Assembly (NCBI GenBank): GCA_964016885.1
Contig: OZ024742.1
Coordinates: 139,996,001-140,060,000, forward strand
Reading direction: 5' to 3'
DNA length: 64,000 nt
Origin: Eledone cirrhosa
Lineage: Eukaryota
Shown here in pieces: positions 11,028 through 25,266 of this stretch. The position numbers were made by a program, and so were the translations under genes. Each line of letters starts with the position of its first letter. Position 1 is the first letter of the stretch. The notes below the pieces were generated by a model. It was not told the origin of the DNA. It did not search any database and saw nothing but the letters and a program-made list of their open reading frames with translations.

Positions 11028-14000
11028 ATGATGTAGAAGAAATACATTGAATGCAAGTATAGAGATAGATAGATAGAATTTAATTATTTACAACAACGAA
11101 ATACATATAACTATTTAGGTTAAGGCAAAGATTTGCAAATTTCCATTCAGTTTTATACAGTCGTTATAACTACCTATCGTACTCCACAATCATAACTACG
11201 TTCTCTCTACACACAACTTAGAAAATATTATTTTAATTTTATCCGTACTCATTCATAACTTATCAGTTTTATAATGCAAAAAAGAAATGATTTTTTTTCG
11301 TGGGTTTTATTTTTCACACTCTCTATTTTAACTCTTAACATCCGTTAGCATGACATTTTTTATAAGAACAAAAACAAAAAAAAAAAAACGTTTACAACTG
11401 CACCTCATCAAAAAATGTTTTCATGCTAATATTGCGATTTTGTTTAAAGAACTGTCCAGTAGTAAATATGCTATAAACATTTGAATTAACAAACTGATTT
11501 TTTTGACATTTCCTACTAAATCATTATAGGGTTTTGAGAGTTAAAACTCTCTCCATCCTGCTCTTACCTCACATCTTTCTCTTCAATATTATTAACTGTA
11601 ATATTCTTGTGTGTATTGTATTGCATAGTGTTTTTTAAGGATTATATTATTTTCTAGAGCGGGCAGGAGGGGGTTAATATCTTGGAATTATTATTTATTC
11701 TGTTGGCACATTCGTTAAAGTATCGTAATAAATACCTCGTAATTTGTTCTGTCTTCAAATCCCGCAGAAGTTAACATTGCCTTTCATCCTTTGGGGTGGG
11801 TCATGGATAAAGTGTCAGTCCAGACATGGTGGAGTTGGACAGTATACTTTCTCAATTTCAATTGTATCATCATCTTCATCATTATTTTATGTTCCCTTTT
11901 CAGCCTGGCATGGGTTAGACAGGTTGTCAAGATCCAAGACCAGATGAGTCAGCATCACCTGTATCTAGCTCATTATGTTCCATATTTGGTGTGGTTTCTA
12001 CAGCTGGTTGCCTCTATTGCCAACCATCTTACTGGGTGCGTCTTTCATGACACCAACAGTACTATTTTATGGAATGGACTTAGTGCATTTAATCTTGGTA
12101 CCAACACTAACACCATTCTGGGTTTACAGGGTGCATTTCATTGTGGTACCAACATTATCACTTTACAGGATATGATCTACAATTACTTTCATTTTCTTTA
12201 ATATTTACCATGTGTGGTCCAGTAGTTAGTGTTGGGCTCTCAATCATAGGGTCGTACATTCAATTCCTTGACTCAACAGCACATTGTGTCCAGATGAAAG
12301 ACATTTCATTTCATGTTGTTCCAGTTCACTCAACTGAGAGAAATGAAACCACATTGTTGAAAAATATAAAACAACTATGACTGCATCACATGAAAAATGA
12401 AACTCTTTACTCTAATATTACAAATTTTCATAAAGATATTATAAACATTTGAATTAACAAACCCGTTTTTAAATATTTTCTACTCGATCATCACTGGATG
12501 TTAAGAGATGGAGCATTGGGTGAGTTTTGTTGTTTCTGTAGCAATTTTGATTAATGGAGATAAGGCTACTAGCCTAGCACTCCTTACTTCCCCTCTTCTC
12601 AACACAGTTTGAAAACTAACTTAGCATTTCAAAGCCAAAAGTGGGTGGGGGTTTTCTGTAACTCCTGATAAGGGTCTATTTTATGTACTGTCAGCCGGAG
12701 GCAGCTAAGCCTGGAACCCAAATCACTTTACTCCATTTTCAAAGGAACAGCAAATACTGTTATATCCAATATTGAAATATAGACATGGCTGAGTAATTAA
12801 AGTGTTCGCTTCACAACCAATTGGTTAAGAGCTAACATCTTAATAATGTTTACTTTAATATTTTAGTGCACTTATAATTAACTCCATAATTCTCTATGTA
12901 ACAATTAAAGTCTTTACTCTAATATTGAACATTTTCACAACCTGTTCACTAATAAAGATACTATAAACATTTGAATTAATAATCCTGTTTTTAGATATCT
13001 TCTGCTAAATAATTACATTTTCCCTGCTAAAGCAGTGGTTAACTTTGTGAGCCCTATGATAGGCTTCATACTTATCATAGATTTTTGAATGCTTTTACAA
13101 GCGGATGGTTCAAACCCCTTTTAGTCTTACGACATACAAGGATATAGTGTGCCTACTCTAAACAGAAATACACACCAAATGTCAGTTTAATTATATCCTC
13201 ATGCTCCTTTATGGAATATTAGGTGATGAGAGATCTCCACCAAGTAGGGTTGTAAGACTTGTTATGAGCCTGTTCCCAGACAAAATCCAGGTCTGTGTTG
13301 CCTCCTACTGGCTTCCACATCAAATAGTAGATTACTTATTATTGGCAGATAAATATTCAGTAATAATAGTGCTTTTCCTTCTTTCTTCCTTTAGTTTTTT
13401 CCTCCCAATACAGTCATTATAATGGGATGTATTCTTCCTGAAGTATGTAGAGGACGAGAGAAAAAAAAATTATAAGCTATTGGAGACATGAATGTAAATT
13501 TCCTATGTATGTCTGTAAGTTAATGAAGCTGATTTTTAAAAGTGTCCAGTCATTTCATTATATGTCCGTTTTATGCACATGTGAATTAATACTAGATAGA
13601 ACTCATCCAAATTGTACAGATATTGGTAACTTGGCATCAGTTGTCTGCCAAATGAATGAATTTTCTCTCTTTTTGCAGCTGCAGATATCTCGGTACTTTA
13701 TTAGAGTTCTGATTTAGTGATTCCATAGTGTGTGTATAATTACCAGATAAAAATAATAATAATTTTTATTATATATAAAATATATCTTGCTTTTTTTTTT
13801 ATATTTTCCACTAAAGTCTGGAATAAAAGTAATTTACTGAAATTAGTGTTTATGATTTGTTCATTTCTGTAAATAAATATATATTTTCTATTTCTAATAC
13901 AATGTATTTTTTAACCTTTTCATAAAGAAAAATATTATTTTTCATCATCATTTTACATGCAGGCATGTAAGTACATGACTAAGTCAGTAATTATCAAAGC

Positions 14001-14155
14001 TACTCTCCTCTTTCTGTAGATTCTGTTTTGACATTGTTTCTTGAGCTGGATGTTACAGAATGTAGTTTATTGTGGCACCAGACTAAAAAGTTTATGTCCT
14101 TGATGTCATTTCTGTGTACGGATGCCCTTCCTAACACCAATAATTGAGGTTTTAA

Positions 14156-14373
14156 CCCTTTAACATTCACATTACTCTATATTTGCTATTGTATTTTCAC
14201 AGAAAAGACTTTATCTTATATAATTATCTTACATAATATTGAATCTATGAGATTTTGATATTTATTTTGAGAACAATACCTCAATGTCAGTATGAGCCGT
14301 CGATTATGACCGATTTAAAGAGAAAAAGGTGAGAAAATTCTGGCTGGATATGGTCGGTTTAAATGCTAAAGGG
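14156..14373. mobile_element. piggyBac-type MITE
   Basis: TTAA on both sides (14152-55 and 14374-77); termini CCCTTTAACATT ... AATGCTAAAGGG. Confidence 0.75.
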
Positions 14374-14539
14374 TTAACATAATCAAAATTTCTTGAATAC
14401 AATATGTGTAAAGTTGTATATCTAGACTTCAAAATAGGCAGGCTTGTTTCTTAGAACCAGGGATGTCTCATGCAGATTGGTATAAAAGGGTTCAATAAAA
14501 TCTTTTTAAAATTGGATTCTGAATTTGTAAAATAATCAT

Positions 14540-14974
14540 TCAGGAGAGATTGTAGAGATGCTGGAGCAAAAGAAAGTTGATGTGTGTTGTGTACAAGCGA
14601 CTAGATGGAGAGCAACATCAGTCAGCTGGACTCCTTGTTGGCATAAAACAACGATACAGATTTTTCTGGGTGGAGTAGGTATATATTAGAAAAATGGGTT
14701 GATAAGGTAATTGCTGACAAGAGAGTGAACGACAGAATCATAAAATTATACTAGTCCCACAGAACAACAGTAAGAATTATATCTGCAACTCAATATGAAC
14801 TAAAAGATCCCTAATGCTCACTATATGACACAGACTTCATAATCATTGCAGGCAACTTTAATGAGCATGTTAGGTAACACTGTGATTGCTTTACAGGGGT
14901 TTGGATCAAGAAATGAAGAAGGTTTCAGGCTCCTGGAATTCTGTGACACCAATGAACTATCTGTAACACAAACT
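14540..14974 (+). pseudogene. Decayed RTE-type APE endonuclease fragment, interrupted by the Tx1 insertion and resuming at 20732
   Basis: GEIVEMLEQKKVDVCCVQ..RWR and GFGSRNEEGFRLLEFCDTN; continues as CNTNFKKPE after 20732. Confidence 0.75.
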
Positions 14975-15186
14975 CCTAGCTGTCGTCTGTTCTACAGTGT
15001 GGATGTAATTCACTTCGCGCAGAAGTTTTGTTCAAATTTATTGCGGAAATTTTGTGAGTTCAAATTTAATTTTGATACTATTGTGTAGCTTGACCCCCCG
15101 TCTGAACTGTCAGGCGGTGGGTCAGCTCATCTTTACCCCTCCTAGAGGTGAAAAACCTGTTTTAAAAAATTTCAATCGTCTGACAA

Positions 15187-17056
15187 ATGTTAAACGAAGC
15201 GAACGAAAATAGTGGTGGGGGGACAGCGGTAAGAGTTGTAAGCTCGCACGCTTTAGTCCCCCCTTCCTTCCCAACTAACGTCATAGAGAAGGAAGGAAAA
15301 AATAAAATAAAAACAGACGAATCTGCGGAGAAAAATGACGAAAACACAAATCTGGACATGGATTCCAACAACGAAAAAAAAAAAATTGGAAAAATTGCAT
15401 GACAATACTAATACCACAAACAAAGACACAACAAACACAAAAATAACATTTGAAAATAACACCATAACAGAAAGCAAAGCAGACGACAGAGTCAACAAGA
15501 TTTCATTTGCACAAACAACAAAGAAATCTTTGACATATATATATACCTGAAAATATTTCAGATGTGGCACGAAGAATCACAGACGCCAAACAATACATAA
15601 GTGAAGGAGAGAAAGGTATTTTATCGATAAAAATGCCTCAAGAACTCACCAAAGATATTGAAAGTCGAACGGTCGTGTTCCGCACCATCAACAACACTTC
15701 AAAAAAACCTGAACAGCCAACTCAGGCAGATATCAAAACAGTACTCACAGAAGTACTTAATGAAACCACTTTCATAAGAAAAGACAGACTATGGAAGCCT
15801 AGCAATTATTATGAAGAACGAATCGGCGGCAAAAAAATGTGCTTTGTCACCGATTCGTTCGAAAAATTTTACCTTTTATCCATCTTATATGGGTAAAAGA
15901 ACTCAACGCATATGGCTGGATGCAATGATGCCAGATGTGGACTACTGCTGGCTCATAGCTGGCTTCATCGATCCAGTGAATGACGTGATTTCCATTGGGA
16001 AAACCACAGGCAATGCGTTCAGTGGAACAGGTATAGAGCTGGTAGTGCAAATGAAGCCTGAACGCATCGCCCAAATACCCGACAGAATCCTATTAGAGGG
16101 TCAAGGGTATATAAACATTAGCGTGGAGGGGAGAAGGCCGTCCTGTCATATCTGTGCAGGCAGAAGGCACCTGAAGGCCGCTTGTCCCCAACTCAACAAA
16201 AAGAAAACCCTGCTACCAACACCAGCTCCACCACCACTACCACAACAGATAAACAAACAACAAAACTCAGTCCCACCCAACCCGTCCCTCAGTAAAACTA
16301 CACCACAACACAAACAGTCACAACACATTACCCCAAAACAAAATACAGGCCCACCCAACCCCTCAGTAAAACAACACAACCACCGCAGACAAACATAGTG
16401 ACATCCATCTCCCCCACAAAGAAAACCAACACGGAAACATTACCAGCAAACATACCTCTTCCCTCCAACACTGAAGATAACCCAACGAATTCGGAGGAAG
16501 AAACGGAGTCCTTCAGACAGATTAAAAGGAAAAAAAGAAAACATGTGCAAAACACACAAGGCCAAACAACCCCCACCCAAATCTCAACACAATCCAACAA
16601 AACAGAAAACACCCCTCAACAAACAAAACCAAACCTGCCCCTCCCCTCTTCGAAACACTCACACCATCCGAAAAAAAGACATTACACTATACTTACATCA
16701 ACAGAAACAATAATAAATTAAATGAACTCATATACAATAATCCTTCGGTACAAACCGAAGGTGTAAACTTTGTTTCTTCAGAAAGCTACCCACATTTAAA
16801 ATTAATAAAGATCCCAATGAACCTCTACCAAAAACTAAAAAAGGATTTTAGGGAGGACGTAGGACCACCCTGTCAAACCCATAAACCGCGTTCTACTAAA
16901 AAGCTTCCCCCTCCCCTCCCCCTCCCCAACACAACTCCAAACACCCCAACCCCACCACACACTGACGACCCCACACCACCACAAGACACCCCTTCACCCA
17001 ACACCCCCGACCCCATGGAAGTCGTGCGACCCGAACCCCGGGAAGCGGAAAGGTAG
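15187..17056 (+). pseudogene. Tx1 ORF1 (disrupted): CCHC zinc knuckle and Pro/Thr/Gln-rich tail
   Basis: ..VEGRRPSCHICAGRRHLKAACP.. within frameshifted ORF pieces. Confidence 0.8.
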
Positions 17057-17089
17057 GTCTCTACACTCTCCTTTGGCTCTGCCGCCCAC

Positions 17090-20000
17090 ATGGATGTGTT
17101 AAGAGTAGGATGTTTGAATGCACGTGGCCTGGGCTCAACTTGGAAGCAAGCAAAGCTTCTAAATGACCTCAGGTCATGTGGTATAAATGTGGTTATCTGT
17201 GGTTATCTGTGAGACTCGAATCAGCGTCGTGCGGCAGCTGGCCCCTACCTTCGATGACTTCGAGGTGCATGCATCTCTCTGTCAACCTGGAGGTGGGGGT
17301 GGGGTTGTCGTACTGCTGCAAAAACACCTGGGTCTTGCCGTACAGATTGTGCACTCGGACCCGGAGGGTCGTTTGTTGGTGCTAGAGGTTGGCAGTAGTG
17401 AAGGTGCGGCCTTGAGACTGGTCGCCGTCTAGTCCCCTTTCGGAGCTGAACGGCCCGACTTCTTCCAGCGTTTGGAGACTTTTCTGGGAACGTCGCGTTC
17501 CCTGCTTCTAGCGGGGGATTGGAATGACATCCTAGATGCACGTTGGGACTATGCAGGAGCATGTCCTAATAGAGGGGGGTGTAACAGCCTCAAGGGGTTA
17601 CTCGACCGTTTTAACTTGGTCAATAGATATCGACTAGATTTTCCAACTGTGCCTACCTGGACTTGGAGAAACCACAGTGGTCAATCTAGATCGTACTTAG
17701 ATAGATTTTTAGTTAGAAGTAAGGATAGGGACATATTAAGCTGTCCAGAAATGCGCACGGTTGGCTACACGGATCACAAATTAGTGACCTGCGTAGTCAA
17801 TCTCGAGAAAACACATAAACAGGGTCCCGGTTACTGGAAACTTAATTTGTCTTTACCGGCAAAAGAGACTTACAGAAACCGGATTAGCAGATTAGTTAAG
17901 GAGAGGTTGACGGGTGCAATCGTCAACAACCGATGGTGGGCATCTCTCAAAAGAGAGATTAGAACAGAATCAATAAGTTATAGCAAGATGTTAGCTGCCG
18001 ATAGGAATAGAAACGAGAAAGAATTAACAGGTAAATTAGAAGAGGCAATCAAGAGCGAAGATGTGGCCAGAGTGCTGGCATCGAGGACGGCCTTGAACCA
18101 GTTTTTCGATGCAAAGCACGAAGGCTGCGTCATTCGAAGTAAAATACGTGCTCTAGGTAATGAGGGGGCCAAAGCCGTTGGCTGGGCCCGCGTGACAAAC
18201 TAAGAGTGGAAATCGATCCACCATCCGGTCGTTGCAAGACGAAGATGGACGGGTGATCCGGGAGCCTAAGCAGATGTGCGAGGCCTTTCAAAGGCACTTT
18301 GCCCGATTGTTCGGGGGAGGCGAGGGTCCGGGCGGGGGCGGGGATTTCGGTCCATACCTCGACGGCCTGCCGCGTCTCTCGAGCGAAGAGGCAGAGTCCT
18401 GCGAGGGACCAATCTCGGCTGATGAGATCGGAGATGCGCTGAGCCAATGCAGCAGACGCAAATCTCCAGGTCTCGATGGTACACCTTACGAACTTTATTT
18501 AGCAATGCCGGTCTTCTTCTCCGAACTCCTCGAAGCGGTCTACTGCAATTGGCAGCAGAACGGGAGAATTCCTTGTTCTGTAGTCACGCTGGTGAGGAAG
18601 GACGAGAACAAGGGAGATAGTATAAATAATTTTCGGCCCATAACTCTGCTAAACACAGAGTTAAAGATTTTGGCCAAGGTATTAGCAAAGAGGTTGGCGC
18701 TTGTCGTGGGTGGCCTGGTGGGAGATGCGCAGACATGTGCTATCCCATCCAGGTCCATTCACGATAACCTCCACCTCATGCGATACATCATAGAGAGGGT
18801 TGGCAACAAACTCGGCTTCGGTGGGGCCCTGATCAACTTGGATCAGTCTAAGGCCTTCGATAGGGTCGACCATGGTTACCTGGATGCGGTGCTAGCGGCG
18901 GCTGGGTTCGGTCCTGTTTTCAGAGGCTGGATCACTGCCTTACATAGCAACCACATCTGTTCTAGGATCAAGGTGAACGGCTACCTTTCGAAGCCGTTCG
19001 AAATCACACGATCCATTCAACAGGGGTGCCCTCTCTCTCCTCCCTTCTGTACGTATTGACTCTCGAGCCTTTACTGAGGAAGTTGGAGTTGTTGCAGGGT
19101 ATCCCCCTGGAACCAGGATTGAGCAAAGCGGTGTCGGCCTACGCCGATGACGTAACAGTAATGGTATCGACCGACTCGGAGATCGAGGCGATCGGTACCT
19201 TACTGGAGGATTACGAAAGGTTGTCAGGAGCGAAACTGAACCGGGAAAAATCCATCGGGCTGCAACTCGGAACGTGGAGAGGCAGACCGATGCCTCCCGA
19301 TGGTGTCGTCGGACACTGGACGGAGGGCCCGGTAAAGTTGCTTGGGGTCTGGTTTGGACCGGACCTCCAGGTGGAAAAGAACTGGAACGAGGTTACGAAC
19401 AAGGTGTTTGCACTAACCCAGAAATGGACCAAGTGTAAGCTGTCCCTAAAAGAGCGGGCGGAGGTGGCGAACATTTACATAGCGTCCGTCACTTACTACC
19501 GCCTGACTGTCGTGCCTTGCCCTAAGGAAACACTCACCACCATGGAATGCATGCTCTTCCAATTTCTTTGGAAGAAGCGCCCTCCTATGGTGAGAAGATC
19601 CATCTGCTGCCAACAACCTTCGAAAGGAGGGCTGGGGATGCCGTGGTTGATGATGCGTAGGCACGCATTAAGGCTATGGCACCTACAGGTATTCCTCACT
19701 GGTCAACCGGTGTGGGCTCTGTTCGTGAAACGAGCCTTTCCGAGACTCGTCTCGCTCACCAAGCTGCAGTCCTGGGTCAAGCAAAGATCCGGAAAACTGG
19801 GAGACTGGCACATTGAGTGTGCTCAGGGCTCTCTGGCAAGCGGGCCAGGCCTTCGGTGGAGAATTCACCTCATCATTCTATAGAGGGCTGGTGGCTAGCA
19901 GGGGCGATGACACCCTTGGAGAGTTGCTGGACATGGAAGAGGACGAACTGGCCAGCCTGTTCGGTAGGACTTTCGACCCGGGACCAATGGACAACTTCCA

Positions 20001-20514
20001 GAAGTCACTGGCCTGGCAGTGCTACCGGGGGGCTCTACCCGTTCGAGAGAGGCTCTACAGACACGGGCGCCCGGGCAGGGATCCCTCAAAAAAGATTTGC
20101 CCTAGATGCGTGCGTCACGAAGAAACCGTTGCGCACGCATTGGTGCAATGTCCGGGCGTGGCTGATCTGTGGGGCTACGCCGAACGACTGCTGTCGCGGG
20201 TGGCGCCGATTCAATTGACCGCCGAGTCCGTGATGACAATCAAACCGCCTCCCCTCTTCACAAAGGAAGCAAAGGTGGTTTTTCTGTGCGTAATAGCCAT
20301 GCTGAAAGAGGTTGTTTGGTGGACACGATTGAAAGGTCTGAGGTCAGGCAACTTCCTCTCTGGCCATAGTCTGGTCTACTTCTTCCGATATCACTTCGGA
20401 AGAAGGATAAGAATGGAGAGAGAGGTGCTTGGCCACAGGCAGTTTTATGAAAGGTGGGTGATAGTGGCGAGAATGGCTCGTGTAAATGGGCCTTCTCTGT
20501 ATACCATCCTGTAG
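17090..20514 (+). pseudogene. Tx1 ORF2 (disrupted): APE endonuclease, reverse transcriptase, C-terminal Zn finger
   Basis: VGCLNARG, AGDWN, SYLDRF, YTDHK, GPGYWKLN, KSPGLDG, NFRPITLLN, LDQSKAFDRVDH, QGCPLSP, AYADD, CPRC..ETVAHALVQC; several stops and frameshifts. Confidence 0.92.
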
Positions 20515-23514
20515 GTAAAGAAGTAAAGGAGAGGGGAGCACCTTCTCCATGTGCTCCCCGGGCAAAGGATTGCACACTTTTTCGGGGGTGTGTGCAACCC
20601 CCATCACGTCCCCTCCCTTTTGAGGTTATTTTCGATTATTTTCATTTTATACCCTTTTTACTCGATTGTATGTAAACTCCCCCTTTGTATTTGTCCCTTC
20701 TTTTTATGCCTTTATGGTAAATAAAAAAATATATCTGTAACACAAACTTTAAAAAACCAGAGAACCGCTTGATCAGGTGAATATGCCAGCCAAATACATT
20801 TTATTCTCATTAGAAAATGATTAAAAACACCCAGCTCTCTCTGTAAAGTGGCAGTACTAGTTCCACAATAAGAAGCACTCAGTCCACTCTGTGGATATTG
20901 CTGGTGTCATGACAAAAAGCATCCAGTTTACTCTGTAAAACGTTAGTGCTGAAGTCAAGATAAAATGCTCTCTGTCCATGTAAAGTGGTTGGTGTTAGGA
21001 AGGGCATACAGCCATAGAAATCGGGCTAGAAATGAACATGCATGGGAAATAAACATTAAACAGTGATGATGATGATATAAACACTAGAATAGTTTTGTAT
21101 TGTAGAACCATGGGTGGTTACAAGTGGCTTAGTAGCTGAATCGATAAGATCCCAGGCCTCATTTGCTTACCAAGTAGAGTGGAATTCATCAAATCGGACC
21201 AAGGAAACAATGTTGCCATTTGTCTTTCCATTGATACTATTTACCAGTCACAACTGGCAGAAGGAGCAATGTGAAATAAAGTGTTTTGCTCAAAGACATA
21301 ATGCATCACCCAGCCTGGAAATCAAACTCAAAACCTTGTGATTGTGAATCCAACTTTCTAACCATTAAACCACATGCCTTCACTTTGTATGAAACAAAAC
21401 CCATAGTTCCAAGTATTTATGACCAAGTAGCTTACTTTCCTTGTCCAGCTGCAAAAATATGAATTACATAAGATTTATATTTCCTAATCCAGTTAGACTT
21501 AATTTCAGAAACACTGGCATTCACAGAACGTGACCAATATCAACATGACCAGATGTTGAATTTCATACCATTGATTTTTGGTTATTTAGGCATTTGACTG
21601 GCAACACTCAAAGTCAATTCATTTATTCTTATACTAGTTTTAGTCAATTAGACTGATTATGCTGGAGTATCATTTTTAACCTTTTTGATACCAAACTGTC
21701 TGAAATCATCCTGTTAATTTTAAAATGTTTATCATCATCATTTTACGTCCACTTTTCCCTGCTTGCAAGGGTGGGATGGGAACTGATTCTGGCTTGATTT
21801 CTACAGCTGGATGCCCTTCCTAACACCAATCTCATTTACAGTGAGTGCTGGGTGCTTTTTTTCCTTGATGCCTACACGTCCACTTTACAGTTTGGGTTGG
21901 GTGCTTTTTTGCTGTGGCACCTCCACGACCACTTTGCAGTGGAATGATAGGGATCCCAGTCCTATCATCTCATTTCTACAGCTGAGTAAACTGGAGCAAT
22001 GTGAAATAAAGTGTCTTGCTCAAGGAAACAACACACCACTCGGTCTGCGACCTAAGCCATGTGCTTTTAAGACATTTTTGTAATGTTCTAAATATCAACT
22101 TACTGATGAAAGTTATTTTATTAAATTCATCAAAAATATTTGATTATTTTTATAATTAATTAGAACACAGAAAGTATTTAATTATTTTTATAATTAATTA
22201 GAACACATAGAAAGTATTTAATTAGAAATATAGTAATGAGAGAGTTAAAAGATTTAGTCAACCATATTGAACCCAGTACCTTTTGTTTCTTCTTTTTTTA
22301 AAGTTTGTACTTATTTTATTGATTTCACTTTGTTGAATCTCTAAGTTACAGAGCATAATCAGACACGGAAATACACACACATATATACAACTAGCCTCTG
22401 AAAAGTTTCTACCTACCAAATCTCACTCAAGGTATTAGAAGACACTTGCCCAAAACTGCCTCTGATTCTATGACATAAAACCATGTTTAAAATATTTAAA
22501 TTAAAACTGTCAATCAGAATTTTATTTCAAGTTACTGACACTAACTTAACATCAATGTTAGTTATTTAACTCAATTCCTTCAAATTGTTTTCTCGTTCTT
22601 AAGTTGGTGTTTAGAGCATAACTTAATAAAAGTTCTTAAATGAAATTATGATGGAAGGTTAAGGTTTTTAGATAAATATAAACAAGAACAGTTCAAGCAA
22701 TTTGGTGTCATGGATTAATAAACTACTTAGAGGAAGGTGAACTGTGGCCATATTAACTTTGCAGACCAGGTCAGACATATAAGAGTGATGGAACTGAATT
22801 TAAACATGAGGTAAAAAAAATTAAAAAAACATTGGTGAGGAGGGATTTCTAAAGTAGCCATTCTATGGTGGAAGGATTGGTCAAAGTCTGTTGTGTAGAA
22901 GTTGTTTTCCAGTGCATTGTTGCTAAGTGGAAGCAGACATGACAAACTGATTAATCCCACTGTGTAGCATCTTGGGCAAGTGACTAACATAAACTCAAGT
23001 TGTTCCAAGGCTTGTGAGTGAAATTAGGTTGACAGAAACTGTTTGGAAGCCTGTCAGATGGACGGTACCTATAATTCAGAGCACAGGCTTTGTCACACAT
23101 AGTGTTATTCTGAATCATCATCATCATTTAACGTCCACTTTCCATGTTAATGGGTTAGACGGGTTGTCCCATTTGAGGCAAGTTGGGTCAGGTGACTGTC
23201 TTGTTCATACAGAACTGTTTCTGGTAAGATTTCTACAGCTGGATGCCCTTCCTAATGCTGACCACATTCACAGTGTGGGCTGGGTGCTTTTTCTCCCAGA
23301 AAATTATGTTAAACATACATATGTCTGTGGAATGCTTAGCCACTCACATTAATTTAACAAGCAGGCTACACCAGTGATTTAACAACTGGAATACTCATTG
23401 TTGAAATCATTGGAGGTCATTATAATGTGACTGAGTTAATCAATGCCAATCAGTCTGCCAGTCTTTTGGATGTAGCAGCACTGTCCCCTCTGGGAATGAT
23501 ATATAATTATAATT

Positions 23515-23920
23515 GTTTCTACTTTAGGCACAAGGCCAGCAATTACCCAGTGCATTACTGGTACTTTATTTTATCGACCCCCGTAAGGATGAAAGGCAAA
23601 GTCAACCTCGGCGGGATTTGAACTCAGATCGTAAAGGGACGTAACTATGCTGGAAAGCATGGCGTCCGACCCTCTACTGATATTGCCAATCCACATAATG
23701 TTTTCTGATTTAGACACAAGGCTAACAACTTTGGAGGAGGAGAAAGTTGATTAAATCGACTCCAGTGTGTTACTGGTACTGTATTTTATCAACCCCTGCA
23801 AGGATGAAAGGCAAAGCTAACCTTGGCAGGATTTGAACTTAGGACGTAAATAGACGTAACTATGTGCTGCAAAGCATGTTGTCCGACGCTCTACCGATAC
23901 TGTCAAACCACTGCCCTTAC
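23515..23920 (-). mobile_element. Tandem pair of tRNA-related SINE copies (same family at about 8490-8605)
   Basis: Recurring tactggtactttattttatcgacccc..ggatgaaaggcaaagtcaacctcggcgggatttgaactc; B-box (gagttcaaatcc) on -. Confidence 0.7.
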
Positions 23921-25029
23921 AGATGTAAGTATAGTGTTATATATAATTACAGATGAGTGACCATGTGTCAGTGAAATGTAGTCAAGGATATTTGTGAAAG
24001 TAACAGCAGCACTTCTTTCTAGGATTAATATGAAACTACAGATCTTTTAGCTGGGAAAATAACCATAACCCTTTGAATACCAAAACGCCAATAAACACCT
24101 TCAAATTTGAATGTAAACCTTGAATTGAAATCTTATTACATACCAGATAATATCTGATTTCAGTCAAACATTTGTTTTTTTTGAAAGTTGAAAGTTAGTC
24201 ATTTCACTAAACAGTTTGTAACTATTGATTATTTGGTTAATTAAAACATAATTGTAGTATATTCTTATTAGAAATATGATCACAAATGGGTTAAAATGTA
24301 TGTGTTGTTGATCAGTAAGATTTGAACCAAAAACAGAGAAATAAGCCTGAAAACTGATAGCCACTTAGTCCAGTTATCTACAATTTCAGCTACTTTATTG
24401 CCTTTGTGCTCCAAAATGCGAAAAATTCTTCGTGCTGGCACATTATCAAGAATTTATAGAAGATAAACTATATATGCTCTGTATGTATTTTATTGACCAC
24501 AGAAGGATGGAAGCAAAAATTGATTCCGGCAGACCAGAGTACTGAAAACACATTTACTCCAGCACTTTATCATTTCTACCACTTCAGTACTCGTTTGCCA
24601 AATCATAGTAAAAATAAAGTCTTTGCAGAATTCTCTGCAATAGCTTATCAGTCATCTCCTTCCAGTGTACTTCATAATTTGCACATATACTAAACATATT
24701 TGTTCTTCCTCCTTCCCTTCATTTCAAGCAACAGAATAACCTGCTTTGTCTCACACAAAATTCCTATTTCAAACCCTATAATATACCTCATTTTTGCCTA
24801 AAATATTAGATTATCAACTGTTTTAAGGTAAAAGTGTAATCTTTATTCTTTATATCTCCAACTGTATTACTATGTCTTTTTAACCCTTTACTTCCCATAT
24901 ATTTGAGGAAATATTTTGAGAAATGTTATCAAATAATTAACCCTTTTATTAGTAAATCGATATTTAGAACATTACTGAATAAAAATTTCTGAAATAAAAT
25001 TATGATAGAAGGATTTAATATAAGCATAC

Positions 25030-25266
25030 CACAGCTCTGATACTATGGACATGTGGCTAGAATGTCTCAGGAAAGAATCACTGGACAGATTTTGTGGGTA
25101 AAACCAGCTGGCAGGAGACCCAGGGGTAGACCCCCGAGAAAGATGGTTGGATAACATCCATGAGCTTGACTGGTACCGCTTGGGAATCTAACCGGATCAG
25201 TTGGAAATGGTTGCTTCTGACAGAACTTGATGGCCCTCTCAGGAATAAGTGGGTGAAAAAGAAGAC
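25030..25266 (+). mobile_element. Short RTE 3' fragment (same family as 31690-32240)
   Basis: YYGHVARMSQE..KPAGRRPRGRPPRRW; nucleotide similarity to 31990-32240. Confidence 0.75.

Larger units (their letters stand above)
14975..20731 (+). mobile_element. Near full-length Tx1/L1-clade LINE with 17-bp TSD
   Basis: TSD tatctgtaacacaaact at 14958-14974 and 20732-20748; 5' UTR, ORF1, ORF2, 3' UTR and AATAAA/A-rich tail. Confidence 0.92.
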
